A stretch of DNA of 64,000 nt, from positions 56,272 to 120,271 of the forward strand of contig JAGSHD010000009.1 of NCBI GenBank assembly GCA_023954715.1, in the 5' to 3' direction. This DNA comes from Candidatus Cloacimonadota bacterium. Lineage in GTDB: Bacteria > Muiribacteriota > UBA6191. Made by a program: the position numbers and the translations under genes. Below are positions 48,300 through 56,550 of this stretch, one piece after another; position 1 is the stretch's first letter; each line of letters starts with the position of its first letter. The notes beneath the pieces are model-generated. The model did not search any database. It was not told the origin of the DNA and saw only the letters and a list, made by a program, of their open reading frames with translations.

Positions 48300-50977
48300 A
48301 ATATCTGAATTGCAAGTTGCATAAAATCATCTTGCAGAGCATCCTCCTCGTCAGTAACTTTAGTATGTAACTCTAGTACTTTTTGATCCAAGTCTTGAGT
48401 GTTAGTCAAACAATTACGCAAGTCAACTAAACCCCTTTGAGAGTGCTGTGGATTAAAAGCACTTAAAAGCTCACGAGTGTAACAATATATAAACTCACCG
48501 CCTTTTAAGTGAACTTCTTTTGTTTGATATTTAGCATCCAATGAAATACCAAGAGGTATACCATTGGTAGATAGGTCCTGAATTTGTTGTGATACGAGTA
48601 ACATAGGTCTTAAGCCAGCACAAGAATATTGAAGTATATTAGTGTCTAGATCTATGGACCCATAAAACATAGTTACAAAAAGATCTGAGAAGTTCTTTTT
48701 AGTTAAAAATTGATTGCACATCTGTAAGAGGTCTGAAGGTTTTGGATTTTTTTCAATAATGGAATCTAAAAAGGGTTTTAAATAAGAAGCGATTAATGAA
48801 GCACCTAAACCGGTACGCGATAGATCGGCTAAATAAAAATATAGTCTCCCATCAACTTCTTTGAAAGTATAAAAATCACCAGCGATATATGTCCCCTGAA
48901 TATAAGTACTATTTACTAAATATTTTGAAGTTGTTACTTTTTTTTCACTTGGTAAAAGGGACTTTAAAACATTTTCTCCTAGTATGAGATCACTATCTAG
49001 CTTTTGTTTTTTAAATGACTCAGCTTCTAGAAAAGATTTTTCAACAAGTTCTTTAAAATAAGTGGCAAAAATTTTAAACTCTCTAGAGTTTTTATCAATA
49101 TGACCCTTGAATTGAAAGTATAAAATGGGAGGAAGATTTAATGTTTTCAAAAAGTTTTGATGATCTTGATCGAAGTGCAAAACTAGGCAAGACTTACTAT
49201 GTGTAGGTTGGTCTACCATTTTCCAGCAAAAGTCTGTGGATAGGTCCCGTGAAAAGTAATACATTTCCTCTAGGTAATATTTAAATGGCTTATGGGGAGT
49301 ATTTAAAATGCTTCGCAAGCCAAGGTTGAGTCGGTGATAAAATCGTTCATTAGAAACTTTGGTAATCAGGTTTTGCATTTTACTTTTTAAATTCTCAGTT
49401 TCATGAAACTCTAGTCTTTGGTCATCATGAAAAGGTTCTGTTTGCTCGTGTACTATAAAATAGAGGCTCTCTCTAATGGACTCTGATATCTCAAAGGTAT
49501 ATCTTTTTTTAAGGGAGAAAAAGAGCGGTATAGTAATAAAATATATTAAACTGATTAAAAGCCATCTTAAGTAGAAATAAAAAAATAAGTGGTCCTTACT
49601 TTGGTAAATGGTGATTCTAGAGCCACTAAGCTTTTTTGAAATGGCAGAAGTAGCAAAATAAACTTCATTTCTTTCATTTAGGAATGAAAATTTAAAAGTT
49701 TTATTGGAGTTGGTCTGATTTTTATTTTGTTGATACCATTGTTTAAAATATTGAGGAGATTTATCAAAAGCTGAAAAAGTATTTTGATAATCCTTAAAAA
49801 AGTGTGGTTTAGCATCGGTCTTTAAAAAATGTGAAATGTGTTTGTTACTCGATTGATTTTCATACATGTGAAGTAAAGATTGCTCTGTTACCTCTAATTG
49901 GACTCCATAGTTTATATTATTTAATGGATCTAAAACTACAGACGGTATAATCGAGTGAATCATTTGAGATTTATCAATGGTCGCAGTTGCTATGGTATGG
50001 GGCATGATCAATAATCGTTCCTTATGACGATCACCGCTAATTGTACCGTAATCATTAGGGTAGCAGTTCCAGTAGACGCTTTGATTTGCTTGAATCGATC
50101 GCGCATTAATAAAAGTAGCTCTCTTTTGTAGAGGATCAGGAAAAACAAAATTAATCATATCCATAAAAGAGTTAGGTCGTATGCCTAAACGATTTTCAAG
50201 ACGAATAATATACTGATATATCCATAAGCCAAAAGCAGATTGGCTAAAATATTTTTTGGAGTTATTAGCATAAGATATTTTTGACTTTTTTACTTTCAAT
50301 AGCGAAAAGTCGTCGCTTCCGGTATGGATAAGGTCTTCATATAAAATCTGAGAAAAGTGATCATTTTCAAAGAAGAACCCTCGACTTCTGTTTCCGAGTT
50401 CATGAAGTTTTATCAGATCAGTTTTAGATAGTTCAAAGTTCTGTATCTCGGGTAGAGTTTCGATTTGTATATTTAATTTTTTAATATCATAAGCCAGTGG
50501 AAAGTCGTTTATATCAATAATTTGGTCGCTTGAACTAATCAAGCGAGGCTCCTTGTCAAAAAGTGAATGGATAGATTTATCTAATTTTTTAAAGGTTTCC
50601 TCTTTGAATTGAAATACTTGAATAATAATTGGTGGAAAAATCTTAGATCGCTTAACTTGATTATATTGACCAATGGAAAGGTGTTTTTTGAGTAGATCAT
50701 CCGATACTTTGAGGTAGTGTTGCCTAAGATATTCTGCTTCTTGCTTTGTTTCCAACAGTGTAAGATGATGAATATCCTCCTTTATCAAATTCAATCGCTT
50801 ATCATATAGAGTTTCGAGTTGTCTAATTTTTTGTCGATTTTCTGTGAAGGCTTGATTAATGGTAAACCAATAATCTTGTTGAATCACTAAGAAAAAGATG
50901 CCAAATACAAGTAAAGAAAATAGTAGGTAATAGGATGAAAAAAGAAATCGAATTGAGTGTATAATAGATTTTTTCAT
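48296..50977 (-). CDS. Membrane sensor with large extracytoplasmic domain and C-terminal PP2C (SpoIIE/RsbU-type) phosphatase (tandem paralog)
   Basis: Same architecture as the gene at 45810-48299. PP2C motifs are IAGDFYTF, FYLADLSRTGLGASLIAS and CAGLRP. 4-nt overlap with the downstream paralog. Confidence 0.82.
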   Translation of the reverse strand: MKKSIIHSIRFLFSSYYLLFSLLVFGIFFLVIQQDYWFTINQAFTENRQKIRQLETLYDKRLNLIKEDIHHLTLLETKQEAEYLRQHYLKVSDDLLKKHLSIGQYNQVKRSKIFPPIIIQVFQFKEETFKKLDKSIHSLFDKEPRLISSSDQIIDINDFPLAYDIKKLNIQIETLPEIQNFELSKTDLIKLHELGNRSRGFFFENDHFSQILYEDLIHTGSDDFSLLKVKKSKISYANNSKKYFSQSAFGLWIYQYIIRLENRLGIRPNSFMDMINFVFPDPLQKRATFINARSIQANQSVYWNCYPNDYGTISGDRHKERLLIMPHTIATATIDKSQMIHSIIPSVVLDPLNNINYGVQLEVTEQSLLHMYENQSSNKHISHFLKTDAKPHFFKDYQNTFSAFDKSPQYFKQWYQQNKNQTNSNKTFKFSFLNERNEVYFATSAISKKLSGSRITIYQSKDHLFFYFYLRWLLISLIYFITIPLFFSLKKRYTFEISESIRESLYFIVHEQTEPFHDDQRLEFHETENLKSKMQNLITKVSNERFYHRLNLGLRSILNTPHKPFKYYLEEMYYFSRDLSTDFCWKMVDQPTHSKSCLVLHFDQDHQNFLKTLNLPPILYFQFKGHIDKNSREFKIFATYFKELVEKSFLEAESFKKQKLDSDLILGENVLKSLLPSEKKVTTSKYLVNSTYIQGTYIAGDFYTFKEVDGRLYFYLADLSRTGLGASLIASYLKPFLDSIIEKNPKPSDLLQMCNQFLTKKNFSDLFVTMFYGSIDLDTNILQYSCAGLRPMLLVSQQIQDLSTNGIPLGISLDAKYQTKEVHLKGGEFIYCYTRELLSAFNPQHSQRGLVDLRNCLTNTQDLDQKVLELHTKVTDEEDALQDDFMQLAIQIL

Positions 50978-51292
50978 GCTGTCCTGTTTAGCATCGATTT
51001 AGTTAAAACACATAATTTGTAGATATTAACAATCAAGAATTAGTGTGATTTTAGCAAATGAAAAGCGTTAAATTATGAACCTAAACCAGACAAATTAATC
51101 TGCTTTAGGTATAAATATGCTTCGCAATGTAGTTTCGATATGTCTAGTATATCGTATTGTCTATTTTAATCAAAATTTTTCGTACTACATTTGCGATCAA
51201 AGTTAGTTGAACAAAATGTTTATCGATACTTTAAAAACATAAATGAATCACAGATTATAGAAATCAAAATCCAAATATTTAACAAGGAGACA

Positions 51293-51805
51293 ATGATGTC
51301 AGAAATTACAGCTACTATTAAAACTAACGTTGGTGACATGAAATTAAGATTGTTTGAAGAAAAAGCACCAAACACAGTGAAAAACTTTACGCATTTAGCA
51401 AGCACTGGATACTACGATGGAACTATCTTTCATAGAGTGATTAAAGACTTTATGGTTCAAGGTGGTTGTCCAGAAGGTTTAGGTACTGGTGGACCTGGAT
51501 ACAGAATCTCTGACGAGTTTGTTTCTGATTTAAAGCATGACTGCCCAGGAGTTTTATCTATGGCTAATTCAGGACCTAATACTAATGGTTCTCAATTTTT
51601 CGTAACATTAGTACCTACTCCATGGTTAGATGGTAGACACACTGTTTTTGGCGAAATGGTAGAGGGTGAAGAAACATTAATCTCTATCGGGCAAGTTCAG
51701 ACTGAAATGGGTGACCGCCCAGTAGAGCCAATAATGATTATTAGTGTTGATGTTGAACAAGATGGAAAACTTTTAAAAGACTTAGATGCTCCTGAAAAGC
51801 TATAA
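51293..51805 (+). CDS. ppiB: Cyclophilin-type peptidyl-prolyl cis-trans isomerase
   Basis: FHRVIKDFMVQGG and LSMANSGPNTNGSQFF. The start is moved to ATG 51293, directly after AAGGAG. Confidence 0.93.
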   Translation: MMSEITATIKTNVGDMKLRLFEEKAPNTVKNFTHLASTGYYDGTIFHRVIKDFMVQGGCPEGLGTGGPGYRISDEFVSDLKHDCPGVLSMANSGPNTNGSQFFVTLVPTPWLDGRHTVFGEMVEGEETLISIGQVQTEMGDRPVEPIMIISVDVEQDGKLLKDLDAPEKL

Positions 51806-51814
51806 TTAAATAGC

Positions 51815-51852
51815 GAAAAAAAAGACAGCAATATAAATTGCTGTCTTTTTTT
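51815..51852. terminator. Bidirectional rho-independent terminator between convergent genes
   Basis: A-run, stem AGACAGCAAT / ATTGCTGTCT with loop ATAA, then T-run. It lies between the stops at 51805 (+) and 51852 (-). Confidence 0.7.
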
Positions 51853-52727
51853 TATTGCATTCGTTTTAATTGTTGATGTAATGTTTTAAGGGACTGATGC
51901 TCGCGAGGATCAAGGTTTTGTACTCCTTTTTCACCAATATAAAATAAAAGCATATCTTCGGCCATGGAAGCTTGTCCTAAACTAACTAAGTTTTTGATTA
52001 ATGCAATATTAGTATTTAGAGCATTAGGCGCTTGTTGATAAGCCAATGTGATGAATCGGTTTGCTTCTTGATGTCTTCCCTGTAAAGACAGATACTTTCC
52101 TTGTAAATCCAATAAATTGTCTAACTTATGTTCGATGGATATCTTTGATATAAGTCGGTCACAACGATTAGTGTAAAAGTGTCTAGCCTTTTCACCTTGT
52201 TTACCTCTTAGAGTAAGGTCTTTACCTGCATTTTCACAACTTCTAACTAAGGCAGTGTTGAAAGATCCTTGTTTACTTGATCCTCTTTTTGAAAATGCTC
52301 GTCGTGAATCTCTATGATTCGATGGAAGATTGTTTGACATGGATCTTTGCATGTTTTGAGGTTCTTTGGTTAGGCTATGCAGATTTTGAGATCGATTATT
52401 ATCTCTACTGCTATATTGTTGACGCATATTTAAATCTTGCTTTCTAGTATTATTCTTTTGAAAGCTAGGGGAGTGTTCTGTTTGAAAGCGAGCACTTCTA
52501 TTGTTACTAAAATCTTGTTTTGTAAATTGATTATTTTGACTAGAATTAGAACTTCTACTTTTTAGGCGATTTAGTTTTGCCTTTATCTCGTTTAATCGTA
52601 ATTTTCTAGAAGAAGTTGGGGCTTGAAAATCTTCATAGATATGTTGTTGTGGACTATATTGAGATTGAGCGTTTGTATACGAAATCATACTTGTGAGAAG
52701 TATTGATTTGATAAGAATATTTTTCAT
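51852..52727 (-). CDS. Secreted protein with a Q/N/S/R-rich low-complexity region and a TPR-like C-terminus
   Basis: Signal peptide, a long polar low-complexity stretch, and a helical repeat-like C-terminal third. Confidence 0.5.
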   Translation of the reverse strand: MKNILIKSILLTSMISYTNAQSQYSPQQHIYEDFQAPTSSRKLRLNEIKAKLNRLKSRSSNSSQNNQFTKQDFSNNRSARFQTEHSPSFQKNNTRKQDLNMRQQYSSRDNNRSQNLHSLTKEPQNMQRSMSNNLPSNHRDSRRAFSKRGSSKQGSFNTALVRSCENAGKDLTLRGKQGEKARHFYTNRCDRLISKISIEHKLDNLLDLQGKYLSLQGRHQEANRFITLAYQQAPNALNTNIALIKNLVSLGQASMAEDMLLFYIGEKGVQNLDPREHQSLKTLHQQLKRMQ

Positions 52728-53128
52728 GATGATTACCTTGCGTAAATAATTGCGTAAAGTTAATAGTTTTGTACCTCTTTTAATCGGAATCTCCAGTCTA
52801 TTTTAAATATTTCACGAATTTGTAATTTGTTTCTTAGTAGAAGATGTAACAAAAACTGTTCTATATATATCTTTTTTGTGAGGGTTTGTGGCTAAAAGAT
52901 AGTGTAGCGAATTTTTGATGGGATACTGGTGATCTATATAGGACTATTTTCGTACACTTTTAATACTTTGTTGAATCTCAGAAGATTTTGACTAAAATAG
53001 AGTCTAGAAATAGTTAGTCTCATAATAATAGCTATTTTTAAGATATTAATTTAACCTTGAAGATTCATTGGAACAGACTTATTGAGGTGTTTAACAAAAC
53101 TCTTTACCTCAAAAGAAAAGGATATATA

Positions 53129-54028
53129 ATGGCACTTAAAATGGTCGAAAACAAACTAGGTGATCAAACTGTATTGACGTTTTTGGTAGAAAAATTATCA
53201 GGAATGAAATATTTTGTATTAAAAGATAAGATCAGGGCAAGACAAAGCTCTCCTTTGGCTTTAAAATTGTTTATGATTCCAGGGGTCCAAGAAATAGAAT
53301 TTATGGATGGCACACTAACAATTAAGGGCTCTTTTGGTGAGTCTGATACATTTGGCAAAGAAATGATATTCGAAACAGTGGATGAACATTTAAATAGTGA
53401 TGATGAATTATTATTTGATGATTATGACCAAGAACCTGTAGAAGAAGTAGAAGAGACAGAAGAGAAAAAGGACAATAAAATGGCAGTAAGTATATACAGT
53501 GAATTAACTCCAAACCCAAGTACATTAAAGTTTGTTATAGATAAACAAATCGTAGATAACCCCCTAGATATTGCAACTTTGGATGAAGCCAAAGAAAAAT
53601 CAGCTTTAGCTACAGAGCTTTTTGCAATTACAGATGTTAGTGGAGTTTACATTGGACGTAACTTTGTTACTGTAGCTAAAAGTAGCGGTAACCAGTGGCA
53701 AGAGTATGAAGATACTATTATTACATGTTTAAAGGATTTTATCTCTGAGGGTAAAGATGTAATTGTAAAGGGTGCTAATTCAGCCTCAACTGCAGACTAC
53801 ACTGAAGTAGAAAAGAAGATTATAAAAGTGATCGAAGAAGAGATACGACCAGCAGTAGCGATGGATGGTGGGGATATAATCTTTAAAGCTTATGAAGACG
53901 GAATTGTTTATTTACAAATGCTTGGAGCATGTGCAGGTTGTCCATCTTCTACGGCTACATTAAAAATGGGTGTAGAAATGAGATTAAAAGAAGTAGTTCC
54001 TGAAATCGATGAAGTAGTTCAGGTTTAA
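53129..54028 (+). CDS. Nfu-type Fe-S cluster protein with duplicated Nfu_N-like modules and a NifU C-terminal domain
   Basis: The C-terminus LQMLGACAGCPSSTATLKMGVE has the CxxC of the NifU-like domain. There are two Nfu_N-like segments (SPLALKLFMIPGVQEIEF... and SALATELFAITDVSGVYI...). ATG 53129 follows AAAAGGA. Confidence 0.82.
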   Translation: MALKMVENKLGDQTVLTFLVEKLSGMKYFVLKDKIRARQSSPLALKLFMIPGVQEIEFMDGTLTIKGSFGESDTFGKEMIFETVDEHLNSDDELLFDDYDQEPVEEVEETEEKKDNKMAVSIYSELTPNPSTLKFVIDKQIVDNPLDIATLDEAKEKSALATELFAITDVSGVYIGRNFVTVAKSSGNQWQEYEDTIITCLKDFISEGKDVIVKGANSASTADYTEVEKKIIKVIEEEIRPAVAMDGGDIIFKAYEDGIVYLQMLGACAGCPSSTATLKMGVEMRLKEVVPEIDEVVQV

Positions 54029-54032
54029 TTTT

Positions 54033-54956
54033 ATGGAAAAAAAAGATTTACCTCAATTAAAACAGCGAATAGATAAGGCTACAAAAATAGTTTTTCATAA
54101 AAACTCTCATTTGGATGATGCTGCGGCTCAATGGTTTTTAAGAGATATTATAGATGTGAATGGGGTTTTTGAATTCCAACCAAATAATGCTCTTAAAATT
54201 GACGCATCAAAAAACGAAATTGGTTTAGATGTGATTCATCCAGAAGCTGTAAAAGGCTATCAGTCAGAAGATGGTACGTTCTCATCAGCTTTTCGTTGTG
54301 TAGTCGATGCTTATTTTGAAGAAGGAAGTGTCAAAAGAAACGCTATAGAGCCGATGGTTTTATGGGTAGATGGAGATGATTCCACAGGGTCTGCTACTAA
54401 AGCTATCCTCGGAAAAAGAAACGATCTGTTAGAAGATGTTGGTTTAACAAACATGTTTGCGGCTTATAAGACGCTTCATGCAAGTTTCGGTGATGAAAAG
54501 ATAAATGCAGAATATGGAGCAAATATTTTGACTCCTCTTTTTGAGCATTTGTTGAGTACTGAAAATGCTAGAGATTTGGTTCGAAATGAATGTGAAATCT
54601 TTGTTGATGGTGTGGTTGGAGTTTGCGTTGGACATGTACCAGCTGCTGCTATTGGCTTTCCTCAAAAAGAAACAATCGCATTAGCTCAACTTGCTAATAT
54701 GTCAAAGCCATCTATATTTTTGTACCGAGACCCAAAAATCGGAATGGGAATGATTCGAATTGATGATGGTATTCGATTGGATGAACAGCAGCTAAAAGAT
54801 TTCATAGGGGAACATGGCGGAGACAATTGGTTTTTTCACCCTTCAGGATTTTTAACAGCTTGTGGATCTATGACAGTTCCCTGTGATCCAGAGACTATTC
54901 CCCTAGAGCTTACTACTCTAGTTAATGAATTGAATAACATTTATGGAGCTAAATAG
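54033..54956 (+). CDS. Hypothetical protein (weak MYG1/DHH-like N-terminal metal motif)
   Basis: FHKNSHLDDAAAQWFL is reminiscent of the H-x-D-[DE]-A signature of MYG1/DHH-type hydrolases, but this is unverified. The gene is tightly packed between nfu and the zinc-ribbon genes. Confidence 0.55.
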   Translation: MEKKDLPQLKQRIDKATKIVFHKNSHLDDAAAQWFLRDIIDVNGVFEFQPNNALKIDASKNEIGLDVIHPEAVKGYQSEDGTFSSAFRCVVDAYFEEGSVKRNAIEPMVLWVDGDDSTGSATKAILGKRNDLLEDVGLTNMFAAYKTLHASFGDEKINAEYGANILTPLFEHLLSTENARDLVRNECEIFVDGVVGVCVGHVPAAAIGFPQKETIALAQLANMSKPSIFLYRDPKIGMGMIRIDDGIRLDEQQLKDFIGEHGGDNWFFHPSGFLTACGSMTVPCDPETIPLELTTLVNELNNIYGAK

Positions 54957-54958
54957 TC

Positions 54959-55294
54959 GTGCCAATTTACGATTTTCATTGTACAAACTGTAATACTTCA
55001 TTTGAAAAGATGACAAGTATAGACAATAGAGATAAAGTTAGCTGCGTACATTGTGAATTTAAGCCAGTACCTAGAAGAGTTTCGGCTTGTAATCATAATG
55101 TAATGAAGGGGACAGACTCAGATATTGAGCGTACAATTACAGAGCATAAAGATGTATGCAAAGATGAAAAATTAAGAGTAAAGCACGCTTTAAAGGGATT
55201 AACACCAGGTAAAGAAGATACACAGTGCGGTCCTAAGGGATGTATTCATCATACTATTGCTGAATTAACAGATAGATACGGAGATATAATATAA
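54959..55294 (+). CDS. FmdB-family (CxxC_CxxC_SSSS) zinc-ribbon protein
   Basis: MPIYDFHCTNCNTSFE...SCVHCE is the canonical N-terminus. Confidence 0.75.
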   Translation: MPIYDFHCTNCNTSFEKMTSIDNRDKVSCVHCEFKPVPRRVSACNHNVMKGTDSDIERTITEHKDVCKDEKLRVKHALKGLTPGKEDTQCGPKGCIHHTIAELTDRYGDII

Positions 55295-55620
55295 TGCCAA
55301 TTTATGAATATAAACATACTGAGGGTTTTAGTGGTGATTGCAAAGAAGTGCAAGAGTACTTTCATAGTATTCAAGCTAAATCCTATACAGAGTGTCCAAA
55401 GTGTAAGCATCCCCTTCAAAAAGTGATTAGCATGCCAGCAAAACACGCTGAAAGTATTAAAGATAAGATGTCAGATAAAAATTTATCTCGTTTAGGTTTT
55501 TCTAAATATGTAAAATCAGAAGATGGTAAATACGAAAAAGCGTCCGGACCATCTGAGGCACCAAGTACCTTAGACCGAGATGCCATGAAGCAAAATTTAG
55601 ATAACATGGGCGTTGAATAG
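55294..55620 (+). CDS. FmdB-like zinc-ribbon paralog with a degenerate first knuckle
   Basis: It starts MPIYEYKHTEG, so the first CxxC is lost, but the second knuckle CPKCKH is retained. 1-nt overlap with the previous gene. Confidence 0.6.
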   Translation: MPIYEYKHTEGFSGDCKEVQEYFHSIQAKSYTECPKCKHPLQKVISMPAKHAESIKDKMSDKNLSRLGFSKYVKSEDGKYEKASGPSEAPSTLDRDAMKQNLDNMGVE

Positions 55621-55644
55621 ACAAAGCCCAATTTTAAAGACTTT

Positions 55645-55683
55645 AAAAACACATACTAGTATTAATTGGTATGTGTTTTTTTA
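55645..55683. terminator. Bidirectional rho-independent terminator between convergent genes
   Basis: AAAAACACATAC / GTATGTGTTTTTTT stem flanked by A- and T-runs. It lies between the stops at 55620 (+) and 55684 (-). Confidence 0.65.
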
Positions 55684-56292
55684 TTATAGATCGTCTTCAA
55701 AAAGGCTGGTAACTTTAGATTGTAACTGATCTTGGGCATCCTGAGCAACCTGAAGTGCTAAAGGATATAAAACCTCGATATTTTTTTGTTCTGTTCGTAG
55801 GAGCATATCTTTGGAAACCTTTAAAAATTTTGATCCTAATGGGCTCTTGTAAAATCTATACAGTGACTTTAGTTCAGAGTTGGTATAAAACTCCTTGTAC
55901 ACTTCAGCATTGATTTGTACCAAGATAGTATGCATATCTATTTTTTTCTTGAAGTCAATGGCTAAGCTTTTTGCGAATTCTTTTTCAATTTTGTCGTATT
56001 TACGAATAATACTGGAGCGATTATCTGTAGCGGACTCCATCAATAACTCATCAAAAATGGCTCTATTGGACATGTTAAGCCCTGCTTGTACTTTTAAAAA
56101 AAGATCCTTATTTAGATTAACTGTATTAGATTTTTTAACTAATAATTGGGCTAAACGATAAGCAGCGTGATCGTTATCTATTTTTTGATTTCGATAAATC
56201 TCTCGTGATGTTTTTGAATTGTTAGCTGCAAAGCTTGTGTGTAGAAAAGTAAGTAGTAAAATTACGCGAAAACATAAAATAAAGAGCTTCAT
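55684..56292 (-). CDS. Secreted DUF2059-like protein
   Basis: Signal peptide. The C-terminal YTNSELKSLYRFYKSPLGSKFLK resembles the DUF2059 signature. Confidence 0.6.
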   Translation of the reverse strand: MKLFILCFRVILLLTFLHTSFAANNSKTSREIYRNQKIDNDHAAYRLAQLLVKKSNTVNLNKDLFLKVQAGLNMSNRAIFDELLMESATDNRSSIIRKYDKIEKEFAKSLAIDFKKKIDMHTILVQINAEVYKEFYTNSELKSLYRFYKSPLGSKFLKVSKDMLLRTEQKNIEVLYPLALQVAQDAQDQLQSKVTSLFEDDL

Positions 56293-56550
56293 AACTAGTC
56301 CTATTTGTAGGGTGATAAACTATAATGATTATAACATTGAGTATAGATTGAATCAATTTACCAAGAATTGAACTCATTAAATAGTGAAGTTTGTATTTTT
56401 TTGATATAATCAAGACAAATAGAACTCTGTAATAATTGACTCACTATGACAATATTTAGCTTATTTTGTATGTTTTTGTGAAATAAGTGAAACAAAGCAG
56501 AAGAGAAAACGTAGTAAATACGTCGATAACTTTATTTCTAGGATAGATGA

